Assembly (NCBI RefSeq): GCF_000021865.1
Contig: NC_014034.1
Coordinates: 1,710,001-1,742,000 of the forward strand
Origin: Rhodobacter capsulatus SB 1003
GTDB taxonomy: Bacteria > Pseudomonadota > Alphaproteobacteria > Rhodobacterales > Rhodobacteraceae
DNA: 32,000 nt
Direction: 5' to 3'
Of this stretch, positions 30,899 through 32,000 are shown in pieces. A program made the position numbers and the translations under genes. Each line of letters starts with the position of its first letter. The first letter of the stretch is position 1. The notes beneath the pieces are model-generated. The model did not search any database. It worked only from the letters and a program-made list of their open reading frames with translations, and had not been told where the DNA came from.

Positions 30899-32000
30899 TA
30901 CGCCATTGACGTGAAGCGGTTCACCGGCGTCTCGATCACGCTTTTTGACGGCGGCGTCTGGGCGAAGCGCTCGGCCAGGGTCAGGGGTCCCGCGGTGATG
31001 CGGAAGTAATCATAGGCACCGGGGCGGTCGAAGGCGCACAGATACTGGAAATGCAACCGGAAGAAGCGCCAGCGCAATTGCTTCCAGCGCGCGGGCGAGA
31101 GGGTTTGCGTGAAGGCGGCCGACAGGATCAGCGGCTGGTGTTGATCGGCGGGGCCGACGCCCGAGACCTTGACCGGATCGCACAGCGCAAAGGCGCAGCC
31201 GTCGCCCGGGGCGGTGACATCGACCCAGGTCAGTTCGGTCCGTGCGCACAGATAGGCCAGATCGCCGCGCAGCCGTTTCGCCTTTGGCAGGAAGCTGACC
31301 ATCGGCACGACATGGCCCAGCGACAGGAAACCCAGCCGCGGCCCCGTTGCGGGCACCCGGCCCGCGCGGATCAGATCGGCCAGAACCGAGATCGCCAGAT
31401 GCGCGCCCGAGGAATGGCCGACCACCAGCACCTCGTCCCAATCCTCGGTCAGCGCCTGCGCGATCGTGTCGCCAAAGGCGGCCATCCGGGTTTCCAGCGC
31501 CGCCGGATTGGCGCCGCCCCAGCGCGCGGTAAAGGCGTAATCATGCATCAGGTAATAGGCGTAAAACCTGCCGTCGTGCTTGCGAAACCAGCGCAGCACC
31601 GCCCAGGTCACCCCGGCGCAGAGCGCAAGGCCAAGCCCCCAATCAAAGCGGAAATCGGGCAGCGGCCAGAGGATCAGCCCGGCCAGCGCCGCCCCCGCGC
31701 CAAGGCCCGCCAGCGCCTGCAGGATCAGCGCCACGATCGGGTAAAGCGCCGCGATCACCGGCCCCTTGCGCAGCCGCATCAGCCGAAAGAGCGCGCCTGA
31801 GCCGATATAGGCCCAGGCGGTGCGCAGAAGCTGCAGATAGGTCGCGGGGATCGAGGCCGCCATGCTGTCGCGCACGATCTCGGCCCAGATCAGCACCTCG
31901 ACATCGGTCTCGACCGGCTGCCCGTCCTGGGTCGCGCTGACATGCCAGCCATAGGGGCCGCCCGCGCGCTTGGGCGCCAGCGCCAGCGCATAGCCCGAGA
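30898..32000 (-). CDS. membrane-associated alpha/beta-hydrolase-like protein (GHSSG nucleophile elbow), 5'-partial at window edge
   Basis: The track ORF starts at a GTG (31896), but the frame stays open with no stop up to position 31998, so the gene probably begins beyond the window. It has TM segments (PVIAALYPIVALILQALAGLGAGAALAGLILW) and VVGHSSGAH. Confidence 0.7.
   Translation of the reverse strand, partial: SGYALALAPKRAGGPYGWHVSATQDGQPVETDVEVLIWAEIVRDSMAASIPATYLQLLRTAWAYIGSGALFRLMRLRKGPVIAALYPIVALILQALAGLGAGAALAGLILWPLPDFRFDWGLGLALCAGVTWAVLRWFRKHDGRFYAYYLMHDYAFTARWGGANPAALETRMAAFGDTIAQALTEDWDEVLVVGHSSGAHLAISVLADLIRAGRVPATGPRLGFLSLGHVVPMVSFLPKAKRLRGDLAYLCARTELTWVDVTAPGDGCAFALCDPVKVSGVGPADQHQPLILSAAFTQTLSPARWKQLRWRFFRLHFQYLCAFDRPGAYDYFRITAGPLTLAERFAQTPPSKSVIETPVNRFTSMA

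Noticed and set aside
1-32000. Search for mobile elements, prophage or defense systems, tRNA/rRNA genes and riboswitches (for example TPP upstream of the thiE-like gene)
   Set aside because: There are no transposase, integrase, nuclease or ATPase defense-type ORFs and no tRNA-like cloverleaf candidates. The 81-bp region upstream of the thiE-like gene is too short and lacks TPP riboswitch motifs.

Overview
This is a high-GC alphaproteobacterial chromosomal segment with Rhodobacteraceae-type gene content; the organism assignment is inference only. I support about 37 protein genes. There is no tRNA, rRNA, CRISPR array, transposase or integrase. (i) 1.3-11.1 kb holds an accessory-looking glycan/ester-modification cluster with no export genes, arranged as translationally coupled operons. 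It encodes two Glyco_tranf_2_4-type glycosyltransferases (one a tandem-domain protein), a methyltransferase-fold protein, a GT61/DUF563 glycosyltransferase, a GSCFA protein, an SGNH-like protein and a degenerate GSCFA paralog. Three of these proteins share an Arg/Glu-rich C-terminal tail. (ii) 11.1-14.1 kb holds a candidate three-hairpin sRNA with CU-rich (anti-Shine-Dalgarno-like) loops, an L,D-transpeptidase, infC with a non-ATG (ATA) start, and a membrane-anchored protein built from ten near-identical 48-bp repeats (APAAEAPAAEAAPAVE). (iii) 14.2-19.6 kb holds fpr, an overlapping-gene assimilatory sulfate reduction operon (cobA-DUF2849-cysI-cysH(APS type)-DUF934) and a divergent lrp. (iv) 19.6-32 kb holds housekeeping genes: tpiA, erpA, an OYE reductase, a sufT-like gene, tgt, hemolysin-III, a P-loop kinase, a thiE-like gene, a trmJ-like gene, an HExxH protein, an atypical CtaA/COX15 homolog, an M32 carboxypeptidase and a partial membrane hydrolase. 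The most unusual non-coding signal is a family of four ~120-170 bp composite palindromic elements at 19.6, 22.7, 24.8 and 30.8 kb. They share an AT-rich core CCCCGGGATATTT-N4-CAAGATGAAA, show compensatory arm changes, carry GGGGGCGCTGCCCCC mini-hairpins, and the three intact copies (19.6, 24.8, 30.8 kb) sit at gene 3' ends. Most long track ORFs antisense to the listed genes are GC-driven shadow ORFs.
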